Part shown: in pieces, positions 48,002 through 58,563 of the stretch
Numbering within the stretch: the stretch's first letter is position 1
Layout of the letters: each line of letters begins with the position of its first letter
NCBI GenBank assembly: GCA_963675595.2
Contig: CAXXLZ010000003.1
Coordinates: forward strand, 64,001-128,000
DNA length: 64,000 nt
Reading direction: 5' to 3'
From: Thermodesulfobacteriota bacterium
GTDB taxonomy: Bacteria > Desulfobacterota > Desulfarculia > JACQYL01
Position numbers and translations under genes: made by a program
The notes under the pieces: generated by a model
Seen by the model: the letters and a program-made list of their open reading frames with translations, nothing else
Database searches by the model: none
What the model was told of the DNA's origin: nothing

Positions 48002-49215
48002 CGTTCGTTCGTGATGAGCTGCGTCAGGTAGGTTCCCGCCTCGCACAAGAAGGGTCGAAGATCGTTCGGCTTGAAAACATCAAATGAGGTATCCTTTTCT
48101 CGAATCCTGAGAAAGTCCCGAAGAGCACGGGACCGTGCCCCAGGGAGGGTTTCGGAAAGAGTGCGGGAATTCGGGCTCCCGTTCTTCAACAGGATCAGCA
48201 GATGATCCAGGGTACCGAAAAACCACTTCAGTTTGCGCCCGATCGGGTAGTCACGGATGACTCGTGGGAAGGATCTTCCCTGCAGATAATCCAGCAGAAG
48301 GGCCGGAAAGTCGATACCGCAGGCAATGGCCAGCTCCAGCGTTCCCCAGAACCGCCCGTTGATTTCCATCAACTTGGCTTTGCCGTCCCGTAGATCTCGT
48401 TTGAACTCCACCATGGCCACACCTTCCCACCCGACTGCGGAAAGGAGCCTGTCCGCCGACTCGATCATTTCATCGTCGAGTGGGGCGCTTTCGGACACCA
48501 CGCTGACGCCCCCTGAGGGAGGTTTCTCGCGCAAGCGACGATGGGAAAAGAGCGCCAAATGATGATCTTTGTCGTAGAGCGTGAAAAGTCCGGTCCCCGG
48601 ACCGACGATTTTCTCCTGAATCATGGATGGGTATCGGAGAACAGGGCTGGTCTCATAGAGGTGACTCAATTCATTTCGTGAATGGGCGTAGTTCACGCCG
48701 CCATGGAGAAACCGGCCCTTTTCGAAGATTCTTGACAAGAAAGGTTTGACCACAACGGGGTACCGCAAGATGCCGTCAATCACGAAGGGGAGATCTTCCG
48801 GTCCATCCAAGAAAAACGTGTCCGGAATAGGAACTCCGAGCTTTTCCGCCAAGCGAAAAAGAGCAACCTTGTTGGAAACCAAGGCCATCTTGTCCGCGGG
48901 GACGCAGGCCGGAATCGCCCACGGAGGTAAATCCTCGCGCATCCGGTTCAGGATGTGAATGGAAACTTCGGAAGTGGGAATGATCACATCGACCCGTTCC
49001 TTGACGAGAATCTCCCTAATGGCGGCGGCATATTGGGCTCCGGAGGAAGAAGGGTCCGGAACCGAAAAGCATTTTCGGCAGAATCTCGAACAAGAGGAGA
49101 GGCAATGCCTCTGCTTTCCGGTGACCAGCACCACGAAACCTTTTTGGGCCAAAGAGCGGGTCACGGCCAATGATGACCGGTTTTCACCGTCGGTAACCAA
49201 CACATGGATGGGCAC
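47998..49215 (-). CDS. ATP-grasp carboxylate-amine ligase
   Basis: VLVTDG, NK..LAEKLGVPIP, YPVVVKP, IQEKI, HRRLRE.P..GG, MVEFK, MEINGRFWG. Confidence 0.88.
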   Translation of the reverse strand: MPIHVLVTDGENRSSLAVTRSLAQKGFVVLVTGKQRHCLSSCSRFCRKCFSVPDPSSSGAQYAAAIREILVKERVDVIIPTSEVSIHILNRMREDLPPWAIPACVPADKMALVSNKVALFRLAEKLGVPIPDTFFLDGPEDLPFVIDGILRYPVVVKPFLSRIFEKGRFLHGGVNYAHSRNELSHLYETSPVLRYPSMIQEKIVGPGTGLFTLYDKDHHLALFSHRRLREKPPSGGVSVVSESAPLDDEMIESADRLLSAVGWEGVAMVEFKRDLRDGKAKLMEINGRFWGTLELAIACGIDFPALLLDYLQGRSFPRVIRDYPIGRKLKWFFGTLDHLLILLKNGSPNSRTLSETLPGARSRALRDFLRIREKDTSFDVFKPNDLRPFLCEAGTYLTQLITNER

Positions 49216-49216
49216 G

Positions 49217-50230
49217 CTAAAGCCTGTCCAAGAGAATTCTTGCGAAGAACATGGGAACCGTGCGGCTGACATCCTCATGCATGCCGATGCGCGGGATTTT
49301 GTATTTGTTGACGCGTCCGTTGAACCAGGCTTTTCGGGTGGTGACCGCGGCTTTGAATCCGTTACGCTTAAGCACGGGACCTATGCCGCCCGCGAGATTT
49401 CCGTTGGGATAGGCAAACATGGTGGGTGATACGCCCAAGCGCTGCTCGATTTCGCGACGAGAAAGCGCCACTTCCTTATTGGCCTCTTCGAGGGAAACCT
49501 GGTCGAGGAATACGTGTTCATGCGAATGCGAGCCGACGCGGACCAAACCGGAGGAAACCATCTCTTTGATCTCATTCCAGTTCATCATCATCCGACGGTT
49601 GAAACTGATTCCACATCGGCTCCGAAGCCGTATGAGAAACTCTCTCCGTTCTTCAGGCGAATAAGCCTTCAGGGTTGTAATGACCTGATCCAACTGCTTG
49701 TCCGAGAGCGACGATCTCAATATATGAGAAGGAAGAATCTTCAAAATGGCACTGAAATTTGCCAACTGAGAAAATTCCATATGTTTCAGATGGTAGGCGA
49801 CTTCGTCAGGCCAGAATAGCCGATCAGTGCCGATAAAACCGGTGGCAAGAAAGATGGTGGCGGGCATCTCGAATTGTTGAAGCATTGGATATGCAAGGAA
49901 ATAGTTGTCAACCCAGCCATCATCAAATGTGATGGCGCAACAGCCGCTGATGGATGATTTTGTTTCAATCCTTGCGACCAAATCCTGTAGAGGTAATACT
50001 TGGAAGTGCCTCTTGAGAAAAGAAAGATGGAGCCTGAATGTGAAAGGTGAAACGTACATGCCGGGCTGAACAAAAAAACCTTCAGAATCAGGTGATTGCA
50101 CGATACGGTGATAGTTCAATAAAAAGGCACGTTGTTGTCGTTTGTAGGCACAGATACCCCGAAATATACTTAAGTTATACAATAAGCAACTGATAAAGCT
50201 CCTAGCTATAAGCGGAACCAAATACCGCAC
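49217..50230 (-). CDS. Polysaccharide deacetylase (CE4/NodB)
   Basis: YHR, ITFDDG, GSHSHEH, FAYPNG. Confidence 0.92.
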   Translation of the reverse strand: MRYLVPLIARSFISCLLYNLSIFRGICAYKRQQRAFLLNYHRIVQSPDSEGFFVQPGMYVSPFTFRLHLSFLKRHFQVLPLQDLVARIETKSSISGCCAITFDDGWVDNYFLAYPMLQQFEMPATIFLATGFIGTDRLFWPDEVAYHLKHMEFSQLANFSAILKILPSHILRSSLSDKQLDQVITTLKAYSPEERREFLIRLRSRCGISFNRRMMMNWNEIKEMVSSGLVRVGSHSHEHVFLDQVSLEEANKEVALSRREIEQRLGVSPTMFAYPNGNLAGGIGPVLKRNGFKAAVTTRKAWFNGRVNKYKIPRIGMHEDVSRTVPMFFARILLDRL

Positions 50231-50269
50231 CCCTCGGCATACTAAGATTAAAATAAATGAAAAACAATG

Positions 50270-51121
50270 TTAACAACGAATAATTTTATACCCAAGTTCT
50301 GTCAGTTTTGACATAGCAATACTATTTATAATTTCAATATCCGATGATGATAAGCAATGAATGCTATATTCATTAAGATTCCTAATTGGTTCATTGCGCT
50401 CATGAACGGCAAAAGTTATATTTGACCAATTATTTGGAAATCGTTCTATTCCTATAAAGTCTGTAATTTGATTAAGTATAAAACTGGTGTTTTCAGTAAC
50501 GTCCTCGTATTTTATGGAAATAAACCGATCTAAGTATTTGCTGTCATCAGCAACAATTTCAATGTGCCTAACCCACTGCTTGGCGCAAAATTCAATGGGC
50601 CAGCCTTCTATAAGGTGCAAGGGGTTTCCCTTTCTACGAATTCCTTCGGCTACGGCGTATCCGTTCCTGACAATTTCAATGAAGTAGGAGTTCTTGAAGT
50701 GCTCCTGGAGCCACCTCATTCGAACACTATTTGGAGGTGATTTTTCAACAAAGATTTTCTTTTTTAAATCAAGCCTAATTCCCCATTCCTTCTTGATTCT
50801 ATCGGCGTTCGGCCCCTTGTCTTTTTCGGTCAGTCGGAATCGTTCCTCTGCTAGCATCCACATTCTTGGAACGCCTATTTCGAAGTCCTTGACGAATTGA
50901 TTCGTCAGAAAATGACCTTCGGTCGGTAACGCTGAGATTTCATGGTGGAGGGACAACAAATTCGATAGTAAAGTGGTCCCTGAGTTGTAGCAACCTACAA
51001 TAAATATCCATTTATCCGGCTTGGGAACACTGGCTAGGAATATCTTGATTTCCCGATGAAAATTGCCTAGACATTCTCTGACAAAGGTCATAAAATGACG
51101 TGATTTATTTTCAGTTAGCAT
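50270..51121 (-). CDS. Sulfotransferase
   Basis: FIVGCYNSGTTLL (5'-PSB), EKSP, IVRNG, IKYED. Confidence 0.88.
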   Translation of the reverse strand: MLTENKSRHFMTFVRECLGNFHREIKIFLASVPKPDKWIFIVGCYNSGTTLLSNLLSLHHEISALPTEGHFLTNQFVKDFEIGVPRMWMLAEERFRLTEKDKGPNADRIKKEWGIRLDLKKKIFVEKSPPNSVRMRWLQEHFKNSYFIEIVRNGYAVAEGIRRKGNPLHLIEGWPIEFCAKQWVRHIEIVADDSKYLDRFISIKYEDVTENTSFILNQITDFIGIERFPNNWSNITFAVHERNEPIRNLNEYSIHCLSSSDIEIINSIAMSKLTELGYKIIRC

Positions 51122-51183
51122 GTCCTTAAATATAGAAGCCCCAAGAAAAGATGATGATTATCGGGCTATTCGATATGGGTTTG

Positions 51184-52437
51184 TTATAGTAGTTTCCTGA
51201 GGTTGGACGCCATGCGGTTTCCGATGACATCTGCATGAAACCTGGATTCAACATTTCGGCGACCATTGAGCTGATACGACTCCCATTGGTCGGGATGACA
51301 CATAAGGAACAAAACGGCGTCGGAAATTGACCGTGAAGATTTTTCCTTGACCAGAAGTGCGTCAATTTGATGATTAACACACTCTGGAATGCCGCCTACT
51401 CTAGTGGCGATTGGAATACATCCGCTGGCCTGAGCCTCCTGAAGCACCACGCCTTGAGTCTCTGTGTGGTATCTGGTTGATATGCTTGGGAGAACAAATA
51501 GGTGGCAGGTATGATAAAGCTCTAGGAGCTTTGATGAGTCCAAATTGACGTGGAAAGTCACATTCTCAGTCAATTTAAGCTTGGAAGCCAATTCCAAAAG
51601 CTTTGTTCGTTCCGGTCCACTGCCAACAAACTTCCATTGCATCGTGAGTCCTGAATCCAATAGCCTGCGCAGAGCTAATAGCGCATAACGATGCCCCTTA
51701 TCTCTGTGATATCTTCCGACTGTGAGAAGCAATAGGGGTTCATCTGACGTTGGGGGTTTTCTCGGTACAAAGGGAAAGTCCTGAATCGGGAGGCCCTGCG
51801 GTATTATCTCAATCTTTTCCGTTGGGCATCCTATGGATAGAACCTGCTGTTTCGCGTATTCTGTGTTGACGAATACTGATGACAGTTCGGCATATAGGGC
51901 CTTGCGCTTGTTAGGAATGAGAGGCTGAACTCCCTTTGGAAGAAGGCCGTGAAAGGTATAGGCAATCGGTATATTTCGCATGAGCGCTAAAAGCAGAAAC
52001 TCGTAAGCCAAAGATTCACTGTGAGCGTGAATGAGATGAATCTTCTGAAACGTTCGTTCTGATATTCCAAATCGCAGGAGCTTAAGAAAAGTTGATAGTC
52101 GAGGCAGCTTGTATTGTTCTACAGTTCGTGATGTAGTCTTGTATGCTTTAACTGATGCGTGAATAAGACAAATCGGATTTAGTAATGCCGTTTTAATCAT
52201 TGACAGAAAAACTGATGACATTTTCATGTCAAATGGCACCACAAAACGTCTTAGGTTTAGCTGGTCAACTTTACTTTGATAGTCTTTTGGTCGACGGTTG
52301 TTTGAATAAATTTGGATTTCAAAGGAATTAAGCAACAGTTGTTCCAAGTAGGTGTCAATCCATGGCTGATTGAGCTTCGGAAAGCCTGCTGTTACCACAA
52401 GTAGTGTTGTTTTGCTTCCGGGTTTAAGTAAGTACAT
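51184..52437 (-). CDS. Glycosyltransferase family 4 (WcaL-like)
   Basis: TFHG, VGRYHRDKG, ETQGVVLQEAQASG, GGIPE. Confidence 0.88.
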   Translation of the reverse strand: MYLLKPGSKTTLLVVTAGFPKLNQPWIDTYLEQLLLNSFEIQIYSNNRRPKDYQSKVDQLNLRRFVVPFDMKMSSVFLSMIKTALLNPICLIHASVKAYKTTSRTVEQYKLPRLSTFLKLLRFGISERTFQKIHLIHAHSESLAYEFLLLALMRNIPIAYTFHGLLPKGVQPLIPNKRKALYAELSSVFVNTEYAKQQVLSIGCPTEKIEIIPQGLPIQDFPFVPRKPPTSDEPLLLLTVGRYHRDKGHRYALLALRRLLDSGLTMQWKFVGSGPERTKLLELASKLKLTENVTFHVNLDSSKLLELYHTCHLFVLPSISTRYHTETQGVVLQEAQASGCIPIATRVGGIPECVNHQIDALLVKEKSSRSISDAVLFLMCHPDQWESYQLNGRRNVESRFHADVIGNRMASNLRKLL

Positions 52438-52529
52438 AAATTATTAAAAGCAACTCGCTTCTGTTGTTATTGATCTAGATAAGCGTGAGAAGCATAAGCT
52501 CAATGCTTGTCTGCCTATCGACTAGCCTA

Positions 52530-54029
52530 TCATCTAGATTGATAACCAGGGAAGAATCGCAGCAGGAAAAGGCGTGCTGATCTGATTCTGAGAAGCGGAA
52601 CTGATATGAGAATAGAAGCGCCCAGGAAAAATAATAGTCTGATCATAATGTCAAGAATAATAGTGTCGATAGAAATGAAAAAATAGCCTACTGAACAAAC
52701 TACTACGCTGATTGCAAGCTGATAAGCTAATGGTGGTAGTTTGATACCCATGTCATAGTGTTTTTTGCCTGATATGTGAACTATAATGAAGTGTAGGGCA
52801 TTGGCGAGCAGATAGGCCATCGCAGCGCCTACATGCCCTGCGACGGGTATGAGGCCGAGATAAAGGAAGGTGACAAAAATAGCGGTTAGATAATTGTTTC
52901 GTGTTATATAGACGGTTCGTTCCTTAACCAAGAAACTGAAATTTGAAAAGGCTACGAGACAGGTGAACAGGGTGCCGAAGGCAAGGAAAGGGACCGCTTC
53001 GGCTGCTCGATGATAGGCTTCATCAGCCATGATTTTGATTATTGGAGGAGCAAAAATGGCAACAGCTAGTGAGGCTAAGACTAATAAAGTACTTATGAAA
53101 ATGAAGACATTCCGGAAAAGTGATTCCGTGTTACCTTTGCGATAATATTTAAAACGCTCGATTTGCCAATATTGGGCGAAAGGCTGCCAGACCAGGGGTG
53201 AAATTACTGTGCCGAATTTTGTGGCCAGTTCATACAGCCCTACCGAATCGAGGGAAGAAAAAATGCGCAGGAAATAGCGATTTGCGGAACCGACATAAAG
53301 TGCGGCAAAACTGGCTATCCAGAGAGGCCAGCAGAAGCGCATCATTCTTCTGGCCAATTGGGGGTCGAAAGTGCAGTTAACCCGTCGTAGTGTGTAACCT
53401 ACCAGCAGTAAGGCAAAAAATCCGGACGCCGCCATAGATCCGATGGCAACACCCATTACGCCCATACTGAGGAATACGACCAACCAGAGATTTAAGCTGA
53501 GCTGTACGATCAACTTAAAAAGATTGGCGCTGATATACAACCATGGTCGTTGTTGAAGCCGCAAATAGATCAATGCGTAGTTTTCGAGGCCCTGGGTGAG
53601 AATCATGACCGAGAAGAATCCAACGATTGCGGCATATTCCGAGGTTCCGTAAAGACTCATGGATAATGGAACTCTGAATGCAATCATGATGATTACGCTG
53701 ATTGCACTTACGGCCGAAGTGATGATCAAAGCCGTGGAAACCACTGAAGAACGAGCTTGGTCGTCTTGTGCGTCGAAGTAGTATTTGGGCACGGCCAAGC
53801 CGAGTCGAGCTCCGAACAGCAGCTCGATCAGACTGACGGCGAAGGTCATCAGGCCGATTACACCATAATCTGCAGGCGTGAGAAATCGGGTATAGATCGG
53901 CAGCATGATGAATCCGACAAGTTGCCTCAAAATATTGCCTAAGGCGTAAATGCCCGCATGGCCGATGAGACGGCGTGCGCCAGAGAACCCGGGTTTGGTC
54001 GTCGTAAACAATCCTATTTCCCTCTCCAA
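52530..54029 (-). CDS. wzx: Oligosaccharide flippase
   Basis: LPIYTRFLTPADYG, many TM helices, ANRYFL, VGLYELA. Confidence 0.85.
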   Translation of the reverse strand: MEREIGLFTTTKPGFSGARRLIGHAGIYALGNILRQLVGFIMLPIYTRFLTPADYGVIGLMTFAVSLIELLFGARLGLAVPKYYFDAQDDQARSSVVSTALIITSAVSAISVIIMIAFRVPLSMSLYGTSEYAAIVGFFSVMILTQGLENYALIYLRLQQRPWLYISANLFKLIVQLSLNLWLVVFLSMGVMGVAIGSMAASGFFALLLVGYTLRRVNCTFDPQLARRMMRFCWPLWIASFAALYVGSANRYFLRIFSSLDSVGLYELATKFGTVISPLVWQPFAQYWQIERFKYYRKGNTESLFRNVFIFISTLLVLASLAVAIFAPPIIKIMADEAYHRAAEAVPFLAFGTLFTCLVAFSNFSFLVKERTVYITRNNYLTAIFVTFLYLGLIPVAGHVGAAMAYLLANALHFIIVHISGKKHYDMGIKLPPLAYQLAISVVVCSVGYFFISIDTIILDIMIRLLFFLGASILISVPLLRIRSARLFLLRFFPGYQSR

Positions 54030-55168
54030 TCACGAGAATTCCAAGATTGGTAGGTTTCTTTGAAGGCACTCAGCAGCGCCTGATGGGTCTTTGCCAGTGA
54101 ATAGTGTCGGACGGCAATACGAGCTTTAGAACCCAGTCGTATTCTAAGCGCCTCATCCCTCAACAGAGTGAGAAGGATTTGAGTGGCTGCGGAAACATCC
54201 CCCTCGGGATAGATCAGACCTGTGACATTGTGCTCGGTTGCCCCGCACACCGAAGGGTTGTTAGGCACCACCAGAGGGAGGCCTGCCCGCATATATTCGA
54301 GTATGGAAAGAGAATAGCCGACTTCCCCGCGAGAGGGATGAATAGCGATGTGGGCTGCTTCGATGAGGGAGGATACGTCACTACGGCGGCCTGTAAAGGT
54401 GCAACGATCGGAAACGCCCTTCGTCCTCGCGGTGTCCTTGAATGCATCAAGATCCGGGCCATCACCGATAAATACGAAATGGAGACTCTCGTCACCGGAT
54501 GATCGCAAACGCACCAGGCATTCGAGAACGAACTCCACGCCTTTGTATCGACTGGCCCTGGAGGTCATTACCAGAAGTACTTTTTCTTCGGGAATGTGAA
54601 AGAGACCGTGGAGATCGGCGGGAACGACCGTCGCGCTCAGGGGTGGAAGGCCGTTGGGCGCCGAGCGGCATCGGCTCGGAGGGAGTCCGTTGACCTGTAT
54701 CAAGCGTCGACGAACGAATTCGGTAGCTCCGATGGCGCTATCGACACTCAACCATGGGAGACGATGCAGCGATCGCTTCAGCAGGCCCTTAATTCCCAGG
54801 GCGGGAGTGCGTACCCCGGGGGTATGGTCGTGGATGATGATGGAGCGCACCCCAAAGAGCCGATACAGCAGGTATCGCCAATGCAATGTGGGGCGATCGG
54901 AAAAATAGACGCTCCGGACCCTGTGACGTTTGAGGAATTTGCACTGGGAAATAACTTGAGCAATATCCGAGCTGGAGAAGTCTTGCCTGACGATCCGAAT
55001 GGGTGCGTCAACGATGGCCTTGGGGATGGTGCTGATGGAAGGGTAAGCCAGCAAAACGTTTAGGCGGCCGTGAAAGCGTTCGGCAAGTCGCACCCAAAGG
55101 CTTTCCATGAGCCACCAGGCATACCCCACCGATGAATCGTAGTTGGCGACCAATAAGAGAGCGTTCAT
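54014..55168 (-). CDS. Glycosyltransferase family 4
   Basis: PNG, SRASRYKG, GDGPD, HPS..EVGYSLSILEYM. Confidence 0.88.
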   Translation of the reverse strand: MNALLLVANYDSSVGYAWWLMESLWVRLAERFHGRLNVLLAYPSISTIPKAIVDAPIRIVRQDFSSSDIAQVISQCKFLKRHRVRSVYFSDRPTLHWRYLLYRLFGVRSIIIHDHTPGVRTPALGIKGLLKRSLHRLPWLSVDSAIGATEFVRRRLIQVNGLPPSRCRSAPNGLPPLSATVVPADLHGLFHIPEEKVLLVMTSRASRYKGVEFVLECLVRLRSSGDESLHFVFIGDGPDLDAFKDTARTKGVSDRCTFTGRRSDVSSLIEAAHIAIHPSRGEVGYSLSILEYMRAGLPLVVPNNPSVCGATEHNVTGLIYPEGDVSAATQILLTLLRDEALRIRLGSKARIAVRHYSLAKTHQALLSAFKETYQSWNSRDWRGK

Positions 55169-55944
55169 CCGCCGCAAGTTCGAAATCTTCGGTTGGAAAT
55201 CCCCATGCGCGTCCGTATCCCGTCGAATTCGTAGCCGAAGTTATCAATATCCCGCTCGTACAGCTTGCGAACCTTTTCCAAGGCATCGGCGGTGTAGATA
55301 CCACGGTAGTCGGTGCGTTGAGATGCATTAGTGTGAGCCAATCGGCCTTTGATACCCAACCTGTCGGCGACCAGGTCGAAATCGCCGGGAAGGGTTTCGA
55401 AATAGCCGAGATGGTCGAGGAGTGGGCGCCCGCGTCCGTCACAGATGAAATCGCTCTGGGGCCTCAGGTGAATATGACTGCCGAGCTTTTCCGGTTCCAG
55501 CCATTCGAGCACGAATGTGTTGAAGTCGGGAATATTGCTCAGATTTTGTCGGTACCATTCACGATCTTTGGAGTTCCAACCACCACCCTGAAGATAGGAA
55601 TAAGCGGAATAAAGCCGATCCCACGGGTTGCGAACAAATGCGAACTTGAAATAGTCATTGAAGGTCTTCCGTCCGAAAATGACCCGGTACTGAATTGCGG
55701 TATAATGATAGGGCAATTCGCCGAAAAGGCTCTTTGCCACGGATGTCCCTGCCGATTTCGAAACGTGGATGAAAATGCATTGGTGCCGATCAAAGGCTCT
55801 TAGAGAGAAGTCTCCCTTGGGTGAAGGGTACACGATGCTGCGGATGATGTGGAAAGCTCTTGGATTACGCAGCTTGTGCAGCCAATATCTGAGTTCCTCG
55901 GAAAAAAGTGAACGATAGAGCCTTCGAAGGTGCCGCCTGTCCAT
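55165..55944 (-). CDS. Sulfotransferase family 2 (carbohydrate sulfotransferase-like)
   Basis: FIHVSKSAGTS, FVRNPWDRLYSAY, H..PQ, FETL, Y..D...FGY. Confidence 0.9.
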   Translation of the reverse strand: MDRRHLRRLYRSLFSEELRYWLHKLRNPRAFHIIRSIVYPSPKGDFSLRAFDRHQCIFIHVSKSAGTSVAKSLFGELPYHYTAIQYRVIFGRKTFNDYFKFAFVRNPWDRLYSAYSYLQGGGWNSKDREWYRQNLSNIPDFNTFVLEWLEPEKLGSHIHLRPQSDFICDGRGRPLLDHLGYFETLPGDFDLVADRLGIKGRLAHTNASQRTDYRGIYTADALEKVRKLYERDIDNFGYEFDGIRTRMGISNRRFRTCGG

Positions 55945-55967
55945 GAGAGAATGCTTTTTATTCAGGT

Positions 55968-56807
55968 CTATTGGCCTGGAGGGGTATAACCGTGCGTATC
56001 AATGATGACGGATTCTCTAGAAGCTACCAATTCAATGGTCACAGGATCATAATAGTGCTCGGCGGTGAGGTGTCTTGACGAATTTGTCTTATTCTTGCTC
56101 TCGGTAATGAATTGGGCCTTCAGCTCCGTCGATAGGTCATAGCCTGCCAGAGATAACGCATGGAGGAGGTCCGTTTCCAGATGCTCATTGCGTATGACGA
56201 ATCCGACCAGCCGTTTTGATTCCAAAGCCTCGCGGACTCCACTCTGTTGTGCGAGCGACGTATCTTTGTAGAGCAACGGCCCCAAGTTGGTAAACAGTTT
56301 TAGATACCTGTAGGTCATCAAACCATGACGTTGGGCTACGGGGCTAAAGCCGAATCCTTCCCCTACATCGAATCGGCGTTTGTCGTCGAATATCAACTTC
56401 AGCCAATTTCGAAAGGCGATTACGTCCCCAAAATCCCTGTAACATGCCTGCCAGGTCCGCACAGGTTTGATGAAGTCCTGAAGCAATTGGCGTCCAAACA
56501 CGGCAGGGGGAAGTCTTCGAAAACCCATTTCACCGTGAAGCTGTCTGTTGAGGTAACGCAAATCGAATCGGTGTGTCGTTTGCTGAAAAACACTACCTTT
56601 CCCAGCACAACCAAAGGCCCACAGGGAAACATACCATTCCCAAGGATTACGAACAGATCCTATCAGAAATCGATCCCAGAGTTCAGGGGGCACGCGATTG
56701 TGTTTGCCGATCTGCTTGCCGCCCGCCAGCCGACTCAGCCACTTACAGACGTGAGTGCCTCCGGTCTTGTGCAATTCGGTGAACACCAGCCGATCAGCTA
56801 CGAACAT
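55968..56807 (-). CDS. Putative divergent sulfotransferase
   Basis: FTELHKTGGT and SVRNPWEWYVS resemble the PAPS-binding motifs; IRNEHL, NSSRH..HYY. Confidence 0.6.
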   Translation of the reverse strand: MFVADRLVFTELHKTGGTHVCKWLSRLAGGKQIGKHNRVPPELWDRFLIGSVRNPWEWYVSLWAFGCAGKGSVFQQTTHRFDLRYLNRQLHGEMGFRRLPPAVFGRQLLQDFIKPVRTWQACYRDFGDVIAFRNWLKLIFDDKRRFDVGEGFGFSPVAQRHGLMTYRYLKLFTNLGPLLYKDTSLAQQSGVREALESKRLVGFVIRNEHLETDLLHALSLAGYDLSTELKAQFITESKNKTNSSRHLTAEHYYDPVTIELVASRESVIIDTHGYTPPGQ

Positions 56808-58170
56808 ACCTTTTTTCCGGGCTGTGGCCAAAAGAGTCGGAAGGAGTACTAAGAGGCACGCCGCGGACCATGGGAGCGGTCGTCTCATTTTGATTGAAGG
56901 TCATTATTGATGTGACCAAGGATAGGTGTATCCAGAAAAAGGGATAATAAGTCACAGTAACAAACTGGCCAGCGACGACGAACCCAATAAGCGCCAGATT
57001 CATTCCCTTGGTCATATACATCAGGAAGTCATCGTCGGCTTTCCGAGCCTCTTTTCCGATGTGATGCATCATAAAAAAACTGGCTGCAATCAAAAATACA
57101 AATACGGAAAGCCCCGAAAAACCGGCATCGGTACCTACTTGAATAAAGATATTATGTGGAAGTTCCGAATGATCTCCGAGTTTGTTCAATACTATATCAT
57201 CTAAACAATAAGATGAATAATAGGGCCTGAAATTGTTATACCCAACTCCTAACCACGGATGATCTTTAATCATCTGCCATCCGTGTTTCCAGTACAGGAG
57301 TCGTTGGATTGACGTGTCGTCGCTGCCTATATCCTCAAAGCGTGCTTTTTGCTGATCCGGAAGGAGTGCGAATCCTATGACCCCGATGAGACCGATAAGG
57401 ATGAATGTCCTGATCCGGTGTTTGGTCATGGCAATGAGCGCCAAGACTTGGACCGCCAAGGCAAGTTGGCCTCCTCGGGTATTGGTTCCAAGCACGGTTA
57501 GAATCGCCGTGATCGGCATCGAGTGCAACAGCCATACTTGCCAACGCTTGAGGTACGTTTTAATTCCTATTGTAAAGAATAGGGCCATGGGCGCGAACAC
57601 GAGCATTTGAATGGCCAGTTCCCCGGGGTTCTGGAAAAATCCCTGTGGGCCGGCCAATCCCCAATCTGCAAAAGCGAAACCGCGGAGGGCGAGGGTCCTT
57701 GCGCCATATTGGGAGAGTTTGAGACTGGCCAGTAGGAAGATGATTAGAATGGTAATGAATTGCTTTCGACTGGTAATGGTCTGAGTCAAGACAAAATAGA
57801 CCACGACCCAGTTGAAAAAACCCATGAACCCTTCCCAAGAGAACTGCGGCCAATAGGCAAAAAATGAGGACAATATGATCAAGAACAAGAACAGAAAAAT
57901 CCCGCTCGTGAGTTTGTTCCAGACGAGTTGCTTTTTCTCTTGAGATAACCATCCTATAAAAGCCAATAGGACAAACGTTCGAGCCCAATACGGGTAGGAA
58001 TCGAAAACGGACCAGATTGCCTGGGGACGAATATATTCGAAGAATAGGTACAGACAAGACATTTTGAAGGCAAATGTTTCAGCAGATAAGGCCCTCCACA
58101 GCGTCCCCGGGTTCAGTCTGTAAATATCGGCAATGTCTACGCTTGCCGGCTGTATGGATGCTGGTCTCAA
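56794..58170 (-). CDS. O-antigen ligase/polymerase (Wzy-like), exosortase-associated
   Basis: Multi-TM; FFEYIRPQ, TNTRGG, RLLYW, PWLGVG, PHNIFIQ. Confidence 0.85.
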   Translation of the reverse strand: MRPASIQPASVDIADIYRLNPGTLWRALSAETFAFKMSCLYLFFEYIRPQAIWSVFDSYPYWARTFVLLAFIGWLSQEKKQLVWNKLTSGIFLFLFLIILSSFFAYWPQFSWEGFMGFFNWVVVYFVLTQTITSRKQFITILIIFLLASLKLSQYGARTLALRGFAFADWGLAGPQGFFQNPGELAIQMLVFAPMALFFTIGIKTYLKRWQVWLLHSMPITAILTVLGTNTRGGQLALAVQVLALIAMTKHRIRTFILIGLIGVIGFALLPDQQKARFEDIGSDDTSIQRLLYWKHGWQMIKDHPWLGVGYNNFRPYYSSYCLDDIVLNKLGDHSELPHNIFIQVGTDAGFSGLSVFVFLIAASFFMMHHIGKEARKADDDFLMYMTKGMNLALIGFVVAGQFVTVTYYPFFWIHLSLVTSIMTFNQNETTAPMVRGVPLSTPSDSFGHSPEKRYVRS

Positions 58171-58179
58171 ACTACTGAC

Positions 58180-58560
58180 TCATGCGGCCAGAACATTTCT
58201 AAAAAATGAGATATTTCTTCGCTGAGGGTCTATAATATTTTCCTGCATTCCATTGTGTTGTCGGTATGGCGATTCCGTCGCAAGCTGAACAAAGACGCCG
58301 TCGTTTCTATTCATAAGCACTTTTCCAAAAACTTGATCCATGTTCTGTTCGATACCGGAAGTGAACACCCGACCATCATCCGACTGATACCAATGGAGCA
58401 TGACTTCATACACGTTTTGTTTGACGGCCAAGACATAATTCACTGGGATTGAACGGTTTTTCCCCGGCAGACTCAGGCGGATTTCATTCGTTTCGAGAAT
58501 GCCCCATCCGGCGCCCGGAAGGCAGGCATAGGGATTGTGACCGGTTCTTCCGTCTTGGAA
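58180..58560 (-). pseudogene. 5'-truncated EpsI paralog
   Basis: GRTGHNPYACLPGAGWGIL is identical to the intact EpsI at 61277-61951; LHWYQS and RNDGVFV also match. The N-terminal part is missing at the IS boundary. Confidence 0.85.
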
Positions 58561-58563
58561 ATG

